A DNA stretch of 64,000 nucleotides from Opitutales bacterium (lineage in GTDB: Bacteria; Verrucomicrobiota; Verrucomicrobiia; Opitutales; UBA2987). How positions within the stretch are numbered: position 1 is the stretch's first letter; the number at the start of each line of letters is the position of its first letter. Below the pieces are notes generated by a model. That model did not search any database, was not told where the DNA came from, and worked only from the letters and a program-made list of their open reading frames with translations. Positions 43,924-54,981 of this stretch are shown here, piece by piece. A program made the translations under genes and the position numbers. The DNA lies in the NCBI GenBank assembly GCA_965226885.1, contig CBDDEL010000011.1, positions 315,362 to 379,361 of the forward strand, in the 5' to 3' direction.

Positions 43924-45251
43924 TGACGTGTACTGGATTTGTTTGACACGGGATTCTCTTATATTCATTGTTTATTGATTAGTGTGTCAGGCGGCTTGTT
44001 TTGGTAAAGGGTTTTGTTTTCTCGTTGCCCCCCATGGGGGGCAAATATTTTCCTCGAATTGGACTGGGCTTTGGTAACTCAGAGAGGAATGTTTGCGATA
44101 TCGGTTGTAGAAGATTTCCACGTATTCGAAGACAGTTGATCGCAGTTCGCGCTCGTCGGCAAAGTGGCGGCCTCGAATCGTGCTGGTCTTGAAGCGGCCG
44201 TAGAACGATTCCATGGCCGCGTTGTCGTAGCAGTTGCCTTGGGCGCTCATGCTCGGCTTCATGCCTAGTTCAGAGACCAGCCTCTGATAGTCGTCGCTGG
44301 CGTAGGGGCTGCCCCGATCGCTGTGATGAATAATCCCGGTGCGCAGTGTGCCGCGGGTCATGGCCGCGGCTTTGAGGGCCTTGCCAACCAGCTTCGCGTC
44401 GTTGTGGTTGGAAACGCTCCAGCCCAGCAGGCGTCGGCTGAACAGGTCCATCACCGTGGCCAAGTACATCCACCCGGCCAGGGTCCGTAGGTAGGTCGTG
44501 TCCGCCACCCAGACCTCGTCGATATGGGTCGGCTGGCCATGCTTTTTAAGCACATTGGGGCTGTAACCATAGGGATGGTTACTGTTGGTTTTTAATGGCT
44601 TAAAGCGTTTACTCTGGGTGCTTTTGATTCCCATTTCACGCATCAGACGCAGAGCCCGGTCACGGCCGCAATCGATGCCCTCATCATCCTTCAGATGGCG
44701 GTGCATTGGCCGATGCCCATAGCGGCCCTTGGCCTCTTTGTGTACCTTCAGGATCGCCCCCTTGATTCCCTCGTCCTCGATCCGCCGGGCCGAGGGCGCT
44801 CGGTGCCTCCAGCAGTAATAGCCACTGCGACAAATCCCCATCGCCGAGCATATTTCCTCGATCTTGAAGCGCCCCTCGTTGTCTTTGACAAACTGGTACT
44901 TCATTGTTCGTCCTTGGCAAAGTAGCCCACCGTTTTTTTTAGTATCTGGTTGATCCGCTCCGAGCGGCGCAGCTCTTTGCGAAGACGATCTATCTCGGCC
45001 GCCATCTCCTTCGGACTGCTCTGTCGCTTTGAGGTGGCTTCGCCCTGCTGATCGTCCAGATAGAGCCTCTTCCACCTATACAATTGGTTGGTGTTGACCC
45101 CAAGTTTGGTCGATACCTCGGTGGCGCTCAGACCATCGAGTATCATCAGTTGAACTGCCTCATTTTTGAACTCTATACTAAAGCGTCTTCTTCCCATGCT
45201 TCGATTCTCCATTTAGGAGAATCTCGTGTCCACTTTTTCCAGTGCACATCA
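43924..45251 (-). mobile_element. IS3-family element type A (complete, 1328 bp)
   Basis: TG...CA ends with imperfect inverted repeats; flanks ATT and AGT. Confidence 0.95.
43987..45212 (-). CDS. IS3-family transposase OrfAB (orfA 44901-45212, orfB ending at 43987)
   Basis: HTH OrfA, A8C frameshift site, and OrfB with ADTTY, SDRG and GNCYDNAAMESF motifs. Confidence 0.92.
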
Positions 45252-45252
45252 A

Positions 45253-46413
45253 GTGTCGAAGCCATTTAAAATCTCAAAATTCGCCAACAGGGGAGGATCC
45301 ATATCCTGGCGGGTCTCCGGGTCAGTGAACGGCAAACAGATTCGCCGCAATTTTCAATCTCGTGGCGACGCCGACGCCGAGAGGCAGGTGTTGGAAATTA
45401 AGCGATTGAACTCCTCAAGGTCACTCCGGGCCACCCTCACTGCTTTGACAGATGCACAGATAAAGGACTGTGAGGCCGCCGTACATCTCCTAAAGGACAA
45501 GCCGATCCTGGAAGCGGTCAACTTTTACCTGCACAACTACAAGGATGCCACCAGCGATAAGACCGTCCTGGACGCCCTCCCGCTCTTTCTGGAACATAAG
45601 GAGCCCCATATCGGGCGGAAACAGTATCACAACCTTAGAAAGACCGTAACCCGCTTTGCCGCGTGTGTGCCTGGCAAGCTACTTCACGAGATCAAACCAG
45701 TGGATGTAAAGGGTTGGCTTGAGAGCATTCGCGGCTCAAAGAAAACCTGGAACATCTACAGAACCGACCTCAGCACATTTTTTTCATGGTGCATGGCCAA
45801 GCCTCGTTTATGGCTCTTGGAAAACCCGGTTGCCGAAATTGATCGCTTTACGATCTCTATGGGGATACCTGAAATTCTCGCGGTTGCAGAGGTCCAGGGG
45901 TTCATGGCGCACGTAGAAAACTACAGCCGCAATGGAAACGGGCAAAGGGGTGCGGGGTCGCTTTTCTTTGCGCTGTGTGTGTTTGCAGGAATAAGGCCGG
46001 ATTACACGAACGGCGAAATGGCAAAGTTGGCCAAATTCGGTCTGGCCCCCTTTGTTGATTTGAAAAACGGCGTGATTCGTATTCCCCCGGAGGTATCCAA
46101 GATTAAAGACCTTCGCCAGATCAAAATACAGCCGAACCTTCGGGAATGGCTTCTCAAGTATCCACCAGAAACCACCCGGCTTATACCGACTTCCACTGCT
46201 CAAGAATATGTGAAAATCCGCAAAAGGTTCAAATTCCCGCATGATGTGCTCCGGCACACCTTCATCTCTTACCATGTGGCCGAGTTCCGATCCGTCGGAG
46301 ATACCGCCCTCCAAGCTGGCAATTCTGAGCACATGGTTAAGAAGCATTATCTTAACCTGGTCCACGAAAAGGATGCGGAAGCCTTCTGGAAAATCGTTCC
46401 CGAAAGCCCCTGA
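45253..46413 (+). CDS. Tyrosine recombinase / phage-type integrase
   Basis: FAGIRP, HDVLRHTFISYH and AGNS...KHY catalytic motifs. The ORF-track start at 45226 lies inside the IS; the first non-IS start is GTG 45253. Confidence 0.9.
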   Translation: MSKPFKISKFANRGGSISWRVSGSVNGKQIRRNFQSRGDADAERQVLEIKRLNSSRSLRATLTALTDAQIKDCEAAVHLLKDKPILEAVNFYLHNYKDATSDKTVLDALPLFLEHKEPHIGRKQYHNLRKTVTRFAACVPGKLLHEIKPVDVKGWLESIRGSKKTWNIYRTDLSTFFSWCMAKPRLWLLENPVAEIDRFTISMGIPEILAVAEVQGFMAHVENYSRNGNGQRGAGSLFFALCVFAGIRPDYTNGEMAKLAKFGLAPFVDLKNGVIRIPPEVSKIKDLRQIKIQPNLREWLLKYPPETTRLIPTSTAQEYVKIRKRFKFPHDVLRHTFISYHVAEFRSVGDTALQAGNSEHMVKKHYLNLVHEKDAEAFWKIVPESP

Positions 46414-46500
46414 GAGAAGATTCTACAGCTTAGTCAGTTGCTAAGTTTACCTGATTTTACTAGCAACCGGCACAATTTCAAGTCCCTGGACCCTGGAAAT

Positions 46501-49229
46501 CTATAGTATCATATTGATATTCAACATAATACGAAAATATATTTGTTTATAGGAATGCTGGCCGCGAACCGGCTTTTTGCTCGCGTGCAAAGCCAGGGCC
46601 AGGGCCCAGAACCGGTCGCTGTGGCCGTTTTTGCCCCGGTCCGCCGTAAAACGGACGTGGCCCGCTGAAGTCGTCCCCTTCTTGATTGCCCGCAGGTCGG
46701 ACCGGACAAGCTTGTCGTCTGGAATACGCAGCATCCGGCCCTCGAAGGCGCTCCGCACCGGGTAGGCCAGGGTGATGTGACCGCCGAAAACACTACCATT
46801 GCCAGTGAGAGTCTTTCTGGAGAAATTACCGGAAAGACCTATGAAGCAAAAAAGATACACCCCTGAACAAATCATAACGATACTGCGCGAAGTAGACGCA
46901 GGCAAAGGCATTCAGGATGTCTGTCGGTCCCACAATATCAGTCCTCAAAGCTACCATCGTTGGCGTAAAAAGTATGGCCGCATGGAGCTGCGTGACGCCA
47001 AGCGGCTGAAGGAGCTGGAGCGCGAGAACACACAGCTTAAGAAGATTGTAGCCGAGCAGATGCTGGAGAACCGTGTGCTCAAGGAGGTGAACGCAAAAAA
47101 ATGGTAGGCCCGAAGCAGAAAAAGGAAGCGGTGAAGCATGTATTGGCCCAAGGGTCGTGCTCGCTGCGTCGGGCCTGTCAGTATTTTGGGTTGCACCGCT
47201 CAACCTACCTGTATGAACCCAAGAAAGCTACTGAGTATAGGCATAAACTGGTGGCACGCATCATTGCCTTTTCGAAGAAGCATCCGCGCTATGGCTATCG
47301 TCGGATCCGCGCTTTGTTGACCCATGAAGGTTGGCCCGTGAGTCGCAAATTCGTCCAAAAAGTGCGTCGTTTCGAAGGACTGGGTGTGCGGCCGTCTCGC
47401 AAGCGCCGTCGCCGGCAGGGCCAATCCACGGCTACCCCGACCCGAGCAGTGCAGCCCAACCATGTGTGGAGTTGGGACTTCGTGGCGGATCGCACCGACC
47501 GGGGCGGTCCGCTCAGGCTCTTGACACTGATCGATGAACATACCCGTCAATGCCTGGCCATTAAGGTTGCGCGCTCACTGAAAAGTGCCGATGTGGTAGA
47601 GGTATTGAACGATGCCATAAGAGAGAACGGCAAACCTCAGTGCATCCGCTCGGACAACGGATCGGAGTTTATAGCCCACCAAGTCAAAGAAGAACTGCAG
47701 CGACAGGAAATTGCCATCGCATACATTGATCCAGGAAGCCCTTGGCAGAATGGACATATAGAATCCTTTCATAATCGTTTGCGCGATGAATGCCTTAATC
47801 AGGAACTGTTCCTGAGCGTGACCGAAGCGCGTGTGGTGGTCGAACAATGGCGACACAAATACAACGCGAAACACCCCCACAGCCGATTAGGCTTTCTCTC
47901 CCCAAATACATTTGCCAGACTCTGGCGAACAATCAACAAAGCAGCGGCTGGCTCCATTCGGCCTACGGCCTCATTGCGCCACCCGCTGCAAAACCTACAA
48001 TACCAAAATACCAAACCTACGGAAATACTCTCACTTAAAGTGGTAGCAAAGATGGGGTCCGATCAAGGGTTTCCTTGATCGGCCCCGTAAAATGGATGCC
48101 CTCCACCTTGTAATTGCCGAAACGCTCCACCGCCCGTTCCGCGAACTGCCGCCCCAGCCCCGTTTGGTCGATGCATGCACGCCGCATCGCGGGCAGTCCC
48201 AGCAACCGATTAAAAATCTCCTCCTGGCGGCGAAATGGGGTCCGTTCGAGGCAATCCAGCCGCCGCGTGAATGCGATGCCCGAAACCATCTCGACCACCC
48301 AAAAAACCGTCAGGTCGTGCTCCCTCCCGAGGTCAACCCCCAAGTAGAGCGGATTTCTCGTTTTCGCCAACTCGTCAAAACCAGCCTGGCCGTAGTCGGC
48401 CTCATCCTCCCCGTATTCACAAGACGCGATCAAATCGCAGGACAGAAAAGCCGTTGTGTCGTCCGCCGGGTCGCAGAGGTATTCCTGCCTCCAGCTCTCC
48501 TCGTCCGCGCAGCCGTTGCGCACGAATTGCAAATACTCGTCTCTGTCGGATCCCTTGCGCGGGTCCTCCGGGGCCAGCTTGGCCTGAATCTTTTCCAGTA
48601 AACCCTCCTCCACCGCATCGATCACCGTTACCCGGTGCAGGGAAAACTTCATCCGGTTGCCCCTCTCCCTCGCTTCCTGTAGCAAAGTATTGAAAAAATT
48701 ATCGCTCCCCCGGTGGGTGGAAATGACCTCCAGCCCCCCGCCCCAGGTAATCCCCGGATACGCCACCGCGTAGAGCTTGCGCGGATCGGGATGCAATGCG
48801 AACTCGTCCAGCACCCGGTGGCCCCGCTTGCCCGCCTGCGCGTCCGGGTTCGACGAAAGCGAGTGGATGCGCTTGCCATTGGCCATTTGCAGGACCCCGG
48901 CTGAAGATTTCTCCCCATCCTTCACCACCGACGATTGAAGCTCCCGCGCCGCCAGATCGAGGATTCTGGCAAAAGCCCGGCAATCCTCCAGAAAAAGCCT
49001 CGCTTGCACCGCGTCCCGCGAACTCACCCAGGCATCCAGCCGCGTATCAGGCTGCGCTTGCTTCCGCACCAGCGAATAAGCCGTCGCCCAGGAAATCCCG
49101 ATCTGCCGGCTCTTCTCCATAATCTTGAGCCGCGTATCATCCTCGATCCACCGCTTCTGATAAGGCAGAAAAAACGACTCCCCCGCATCGGCCTTCGTTT
49201 TGCTTTCTGCTCTTGGTAATAATATTCAT
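46501..49229 (-). pseudogene. Mu gp28-like terminase large subunit, split by IS3-B
   Basis: FLPYQ..WI.D, EKSRQIGISW (Walker A), VLDEFA (Walker B), ISTH, GVDLGR, IDQTGLG and HSDRFWALALA motifs. Halves rejoin across the AGGG duplication. Apparent extra base in the C-run at 49180-49184. Confidence 0.9.
46773..48065 (+). mobile_element. IS3-family element type B (complete; orfA ~46841-47107, orfB from 47101)
   Basis: TGATGTGACC...GGTCCGATCA ends; 4-bp target duplication AGGG; A7 slippery site. Confidence 0.95.
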
Positions 49230-49243
49230 CGTTCCTAAAAAAT

Positions 49244-49341
49244 TAACCACAAATTACTCAGACAGCCGTGGATCATCGAAATACAGTAAACATATAATCA
49301 TCTCTTTCTTCATCCGTGTACGTCCGTGTAATCCGTGGTAA
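49244..49341. repeat. REP-like imperfect inverted repeat pair
   Basis: TAACCACAAATTAC... pairs with ...GTAATCCGTGGTAA; related half-motifs at 26051-26080, 26112-26140 and 49984-50013. Confidence 0.5.
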
Positions 49342-49368
49342 AAAAATCCAGTATCCTGCATCCCTCCT

Positions 49369-49806
49369 TCACAACAGCCTCAATTCCTCCTCGATCTCTC
49401 GCAAAGTCTCCTCGCTCAAACCGGCCTCCTCCGAGAGTGTCCGGGCAACTTCCAGACTCTCCTGCAGGCTCTTCTTTTTCTCCTCCCATTCCTCCATTTT
49501 CCGCTCAAAATCCTTCGTCTTGATTTCCAGGGCCTTGCGCTGGTTGGTGCTCCCGTAAAGCTTCTGCACGATGCTCGAGACCTGCTTCAGATCCTCTTCG
49601 CAGCCACCCTTCACAAGTTGGTCGAACAGCGTATTCCACACCATGGTCAACGTCGCCCGCGAGATATCGTCCTCCGCCTCGCAAGCCTGCAGCACCTCCC
49701 TGGCCTTCTCCCGGCTGGAAACAATACGCCGCAAATACCTCTGAAAAGCCGTCAAAGGGGCATCGGGGGAAGTCCGGTCATCGGTCGATTGCAGGGAATC
49801 ACTCAT
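49369..49806 (-). CDS. Putative terminase small subunit (Mu gp27/DUF3486-like), short form
   Basis: Directly upstream of terL and co-oriented; helical/coiled-coil with C-terminal GLSEETLREIEEELRLL. Start is ATG 49806 or GTG 49842. Confidence 0.6.
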   Translation of the reverse strand: MSDSLQSTDDRTSPDAPLTAFQRYLRRIVSSREKAREVLQACEAEDDISRATLTMVWNTLFDQLVKGGCEEDLKQVSSIVQKLYGSTNQRKALEIKTKDFERKMEEWEEKKKSLQESLEVARTLSEEAGLSEETLREIEEELRLL

Positions 49807-50027
49807 AGCCACAGCCCAAGTAGCAAAAGTTCCCCTCGCCACTCCAGGTTCGCCCCGACGCCCCCGCCAGATTGCATTGACGCTTCAGTCGGGAAAACAA
49901 AATCAAGTTCAAAATGTGTAAATATGTTCACTATTATAAGGCAAAAAAAATTTCCTTTAATTATTATTATCCATAAAATCCCTCATCCAGCATCAGTGTT
50001 CATCCGTCGTTAATATATTCAAAAATC

Positions 50028-50823
50028 GGTAGTGTTAACATTTTGAATGTTTAAGCTGTACTTTTTAGCGTGATTATGTTGTGAACTGGGAATGGTCCAT
50101 ATCACAGTAAAATGTCCTCAATGCGGAAGCGATCACATCATCAAGCACGGCAAGGATCCGAAAGGGGTTTAGAAGTATCGATGCAAGGGGTGTGGTTATC
50201 AGTTTCGGCTTCACCCCAAAAGTCGTGAGCATCCTCCGGCGCTGGTCAAGCAGGTGCTCCGTGCGCACCAAAACCGGATGAGCCTGCGTGCCATTTACCG
50301 TACCTTCGGGGTAGCCCCAAAGACGGTCATCGAATGGATTAAAAAAAAGTCCTGAGTTTGCCGAAGCTGGAGTCCACTCTGCTTGCCCGCCAGTGTAGTG
50401 ATGTGCTGGAGCTGGACGAGGTGTGGTCATTCTGGGGCGATAAGCGTTCGGGGTAGGTATGGCTATGGGTAGCCTTGTGCCGACGTACCCGACAGGTCGT
50501 CGGCTTTGCCCTGGGTGATCGTAGCGATCAAACGTGCTGGCAGTTGAATCACAACATCGCCCAACCGTATCGCAACTGTGCCACCGTAAGCGATTTCTGG
50601 GAGAGCTATGACAAGGTTTTCCCTCACAACAGCGCCAGCGGGAAACAATCCGGCCAAACCGCCCATATCGAACGCTGGAACAATACCTTGCGACAGTCCC
50701 TGTCACGCTATGTGCGTAAAACGCTGTCATTCTCGAAGTCTTTGGTCATGCATTTTCGCGTCCTGTGCTTGTTCATCTGGGAATACAACAGCAATATCAA
50801 ACATTCGTCATGTTAACACTACC
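50028..50823 (+). mobile_element. IS1-family element type 2 (degenerate transposase)
   Basis: GGTAGTGTTAACA / TGTTAACACTACC ends; 8-bp target duplication CAAAAATC; InsA from 50092 has a premature TAG near 50169. Confidence 0.92.
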
Positions 50824-51030
50824 CAAAAATCCGTTCCCCAACCAAAGCCAACTGCCTTCGGCAATCCACTCAATCTCGGAACAGCCGCCACCATAACATA
50901 AATTCCGAAAAAGCGCAATAGATAGGTTGGCTCCGTTTGAATAAAAGTTAATTTTTTATCCAAAAAGGGCCTTTTTTCCGGCTCGCCACCCACTATTTGC
51001 TCTACGACAGCCCCTATTTTCAGGAAAAAC

Positions 51031-51903
51031 CTACTTTTTCCACTTTCTCAGCAAGCCCTTCCAGACTTTTTCGATCTCCTCACGCGCCACAATGGCGTCC
51101 TTCCACACATTCGGAAAACAATCGAGCGCATAACCGGAACCCTTTGGCCCCAACTCCACCACGGCCCACAATACTTTGCCCGAACGCGCTTTCACCAGCC
51201 AGGCCGCCAGCATTTTGCGCAAAAACATATCGCGCCAGGTGATAAAATCCAGGTCCAGCTTGCCCCGCCCATTAGTGATAGGCGTCTGGCAATGGGATCC
51301 CGTAAATGTCCGCAAGTGGATCAATTCACTGCTTTGCAGCAAATCCAGACGATACTCGGCGATGCGCGGCCAATACTCGGCCGGGCGCATCTGCTTGATA
51401 ATGGCCGGGTGTGAGTGGTCGAAATTGGTCGGTAATTTTTCGCCATAACGCTTTTCGTATTGCGCTGCCAAGGCCAGGCCCTTCTCCGGTGTCTCCGTGC
51501 AAGTATCGCGATGCCACTCTATCGCTGATTTGAGCCGAAGCGCTTTACCCGCAACCATTACGCTCCGGGCAACCGTCACCGCCTTCGGGATAGGCGTGTC
51601 GTGATCGCATAGCTGGACATTGACATGGGTCGCCCCATTCTCCTTGAAAGCCCTCAATTTCGGTTCAGCCACTGCCGCACTTCCGATGTCCACACCGCCA
51701 ATCCACTCCAGGCCATATTTCGCACATGCTTCAGCTATAGCCGGAACGGCTTTTGAGCTAAATCCCGCAAAACCAGCTTCCTTGGCAGCACGCACCATAC
51801 GATCTGCCGACCACTGTTTTTCCGCTGAAGGATAATTGGTCAAAGTCCACGCCGCCGCGCAAAGCTTGAGCTGGGGTTTACTAATTCTCTTTTTAACAAC
51901 CAT
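51031..51903 (-). CDS. Xylose isomerase-like TIM-barrel (sugar phosphate isomerase/epimerase) protein
   Basis: AKEAGFAG, IEWHRDTCTETPEK, FDHSH and ELGP motifs. Confidence 0.75.
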   Translation of the reverse strand: MVVKKRISKPQLKLCAAAWTLTNYPSAEKQWSADRMVRAAKEAGFAGFSSKAVPAIAEACAKYGLEWIGGVDIGSAAVAEPKLRAFKENGATHVNVQLCDHDTPIPKAVTVARSVMVAGKALRLKSAIEWHRDTCTETPEKGLALAAQYEKRYGEKLPTNFDHSHPAIIKQMRPAEYWPRIAEYRLDLLQSSELIHLRTFTGSHCQTPITNGRGKLDLDFITWRDMFLRKMLAAWLVKARSGKVLWAVVELGPKGSGYALDCFPNVWKDAIVAREEIEKVWKGLLRKWKK

Positions 51904-51925
51904 AGAATCAATAAGGTATTAACTA

Positions 51926-53742
51926 GAGGCTGTCCCAAAAATATAAAGATTTTATAGTCAACTGGATGACGTTGATAAAAAGAGCCGGAAAGAGCAAGTT
52001 TTTGCTCGATCCGGCCAAAAAAGGGTTCTATAATTGAGTTAGCGAAAATCAATATAGCCCTTTCTATGAAAAATATAGCCATCCCATGCCTCCTGCGTCC
52101 AGCTTTAACTGTGGTCGACCGGTGCCTCGATGACGATAACTTCCGCGCCACCATTGATCGAATCGATCGGCTGCTGATCGACTCGGAGGTGGAATCGCAG
52201 GCCATTGAGCTGGCCTTGGAGGGGTGGCCGCCAATGGGTCTAAAGGCCCGGCGGCAGCGGGCCAGTTTTGCCATCAAGGCACTGCGCATGGATACGCTGG
52301 GCCGTCTGCTCGGAGGGATTTCGTTTCGGCATTTGTCGCGGGCTCTGGGCAGCAGCGATCTGTTGGCCGACTTTTGCCGTGTCCGGCAGATCGATGGCAT
52401 CAGGGGCATCTCCAAAAGCACCCTGGAGGGGGCCTCGAAGTTTTTCAGCGAAGAGCAGTTGAGGGCCTTGCACCGGACCTTGACTGAGGTGGTGGGCGAT
52501 GCCCTTCTGGCCCGGCAGGTGGGATTGGACAAGCCGATTGACACCACCATTTGCCTGATCGACGGCACCTGTTTGGAGGCTAACATTCATTGGCCGACGG
52601 ACTGGGTATTACTCAAGGATGTAGCCGGCACGTTGCTCAAAGCGATCCGGCTGATCCGCGAGAAGGCCGGTTTGCGCCATCGCATGCCGATCGAACCGGA
52701 GCCCTTGGCTCGGCAGATGAATCGGCTGTGCATACAGATGACCCACAGCCGGCGGCGAAAGGACAGCGCGCGGCAGCGCAAGGGTATCTTGAGGCAGATG
52801 AAAAAGCTGCTCAAACGGATCGGGGAGCATGCCCGCAGTCACCGGGAATTATTGCAAGCCTGCTGGGAGCAAAGCGATTACAGCGAAAAACAGGTCCAAC
52901 AGATCCTCGCCCGGATGGAGCGCATGAGCGAGCAAATCCCGGTGGTCATCAAACAGGCGCACGAGCGGATCATTGGCGGCCGCCAGGTGAAAAACGCAGA
53001 GAAAGTCTTGAGTGTTTACGAACTCGATGGGCAGGTGATTGTGCGAGGTAAAGCGGGCCAAGAGGTCGAGTTCGGCAACACCCTGTTTTTGGGAGAAAGC
53101 GTTGAAGGGTACCTGCTGGACTGGAAACTCTACGGCAGCCGAACTCCAAGCGAAAATGAACAAATGCAAGAGAGTTTGCAAAGACAGAACCGCTTCAACC
53201 TGGAAGAACCCATAGCGGCCATGTGCGCGGACCGGGGATTTGCCTCCCAGCGGGCCCGCCGGCAGTTAGCCCAGGAGGGAATCTACGACGCGCTCTGTCC
53301 ACGCGATCCGAAGCAGTTGAAAAAACGGATGGAGGAACCACTGTTCAGACAATTGCAGAAGCGCCGGGCCAGCACCGAAGGGCGGATCGGGGTATTGAAG
53401 AATCGCTGGCAGGCCGGGCGGTTGCGCAGCAAAGGCTTTGCCAACCGCTCGATCAGCGTAGCCTGGTCGGTACTCTCGCACAACCTATGGAAAGTAGCCA
53501 AGATGCTGGCCCAGCAAGACGAACTAAAAACCAAAGCGGCGGCCTAGAGAGCGGAAAAGCAAGGACAATACTTTTTCACAGCCGTACTGTCGGCTCATAC
53601 AAAGAAAACCAGGCAACCGGACCCCAAAACCAGTATCCTAACGTCATAGGAGAGCAAAGTTGATACTCTCCCAAATGCAAATACCTCTAAAATGAGCGCC
53701 TATCAAAAGCCCTCGCAAAAATCACCCTTTTGGGACAGCCTC
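51926..53742 (+). mobile_element. IS5-like/ISNCY-type element (complete)
   Basis: 15-bp inverted repeats; 6-bp target duplication TAACTA (51920-51925 and 53743-53748). Confidence 0.93.
52066..53547 (+). CDS. DDE transposase (IS5-like/ISNCY-type), 493 aa
   Basis: Near-identical to 28132-29613. Confidence 0.88.
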   Translation: MKNIAIPCLLRPALTVVDRCLDDDNFRATIDRIDRLLIDSEVESQAIELALEGWPPMGLKARRQRASFAIKALRMDTLGRLLGGISFRHLSRALGSSDLLADFCRVRQIDGIRGISKSTLEGASKFFSEEQLRALHRTLTEVVGDALLARQVGLDKPIDTTICLIDGTCLEANIHWPTDWVLLKDVAGTLLKAIRLIREKAGLRHRMPIEPEPLARQMNRLCIQMTHSRRRKDSARQRKGILRQMKKLLKRIGEHARSHRELLQACWEQSDYSEKQVQQILARMERMSEQIPVVIKQAHERIIGGRQVKNAEKVLSVYELDGQVIVRGKAGQEVEFGNTLFLGESVEGYLLDWKLYGSRTPSENEQMQESLQRQNRFNLEEPIAAMCADRGFASQRARRQLAQEGIYDALCPRDPKQLKKRMEEPLFRQLQKRRASTEGRIGVLKNRWQAGRLRSKGFANRSISVAWSVLSHNLWKVAKMLAQQDELKTKAAA

Positions 53743-53874
53743 TAACTATTGCCCCCCTTACCACCATTTTCTATCTCGGCCCGCTCCAATTTCGGCGTTT
53801 ACAGGGCCGGACGATACTGACAGGATCCCCGGCTCTATCATAAACCATACAAATCCGATAAACCTCAATTAATC

Positions 53875-54975
53875 ATGCGGCATAGGAATATCATTATCAA
53901 AATCAATAAAACCCTCACCCTCGCAATTCTGGCAGTCTGCGCAATCATTCTTACCGGGTCCCCCGCCCAGGCAGGGCCGGAACACGGCCAAATTCATGAC
54001 CTTCAACTCCAGTGGTATAAAGGCAACACCCACACCCATTCCAACAACCAGGGCGGCGACAGCCCGCCGGGAGAAGTGGCCCTTTGGTACCGCCAGCACG
54101 ACTACGATTTTCTCGTCATCAGCGACCACAACTACCTCGCCAAAATCGACGTCCTCCAACAAGAAATCGACCGCATCGTTGAGAAGGAAGAAGAAAAACC
54201 ATTCCTCCTCGTCCCCGGAGAAGAAGTATCCAACTCCGTCACAGTCGAAGAGCGCCGCCACGTCATCCATTTTATCGGGGTCGATACCAATAGAACGGTC
54301 GGTTCGCTCAAGGCAGATTCTGTTCAAGGCCTGATGCAAGAAACGATTGACCAGATACACGACGCCGGCGGCTTCCCCCACGTCAACCACCCCAATTTTT
54401 ATTGGTCGATCACCGCAGACGATCTCTACTCCATGAAACGACTGCGCCACTTCGAAATATATAACGGCCACCCCTCAGTCCACGTCTTCGGTGGTGGCCA
54501 ACAACCCAGCCTCGAAGAACTCTGGGACGACCTCCTCAGCCGGGGCCGCATCTACTATGGCGTGGCCACGGACGACGCCCACGTCTTCAAGGAATGGGGC
54601 CGCCGCCTCTCCAATCCCGGCCGCGGCTGGATCGTCGTGCGCGCACCCGAACTTACCCGCAAAGCCCTCGTCGATGCCATGCTCCGGGGCGACTTTTACG
54701 CCTCCACCGGAGTCGAGTTGGAGGAACTCTCGATGGCTGACGGCGCCATACATTTAAAAATCAAACAGGTTAATTCGGACAGCCTCAATTCCGAACGCTA
54801 CCAAACACAATTCATCGGACGCGGAGGGAAAATTCTCAAAACCGATGAATCCCTTGAGCCCTCCTACTCCCTGAAATCCAAAGAACTCTACGTCCGCGCC
54901 AGAGTAACCTCCAGCAACGGCGCCCACGCCTGGACCCAGCCCCTCTTCGCAACCGGCAAAGGCGTTTACGAGTAA
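53875..54975 (+). CDS. Secreted PHP-domain (CehA/McbA-like) metallohydrolase
   Basis: Signal peptide; KGNTHTHS, SDHN, GEE, NHP, EIYNG and TDDAH motifs. Confidence 0.88.
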   Translation: MRHRNIIIKINKTLTLAILAVCAIILTGSPAQAGPEHGQIHDLQLQWYKGNTHTHSNNQGGDSPPGEVALWYRQHDYDFLVISDHNYLAKIDVLQQEIDRIVEKEEEKPFLLVPGEEVSNSVTVEERRHVIHFIGVDTNRTVGSLKADSVQGLMQETIDQIHDAGGFPHVNHPNFYWSITADDLYSMKRLRHFEIYNGHPSVHVFGGGQQPSLEELWDDLLSRGRIYYGVATDDAHVFKEWGRRLSNPGRGWIVVRAPELTRKALVDAMLRGDFYASTGVELEELSMADGAIHLKIKQVNSDSLNSERYQTQFIGRGGKILKTDESLEPSYSLKSKELYVRARVTSSNGAHAWTQPLFATGKGVYE

Positions 54976-54981
54976 CTAATA

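Noticed and set aside
45226..45252. MSTFSSAHQ N-terminus shared by ORFs at 45226 and 1047
   Set aside because: It is read-out from the IS3-A terminal repeat, not a conserved peptide.
43924..49842. Complete prophage
   Set aside because: Only an integrase and terminase genes are present; there are no structural, lysis or replication genes.
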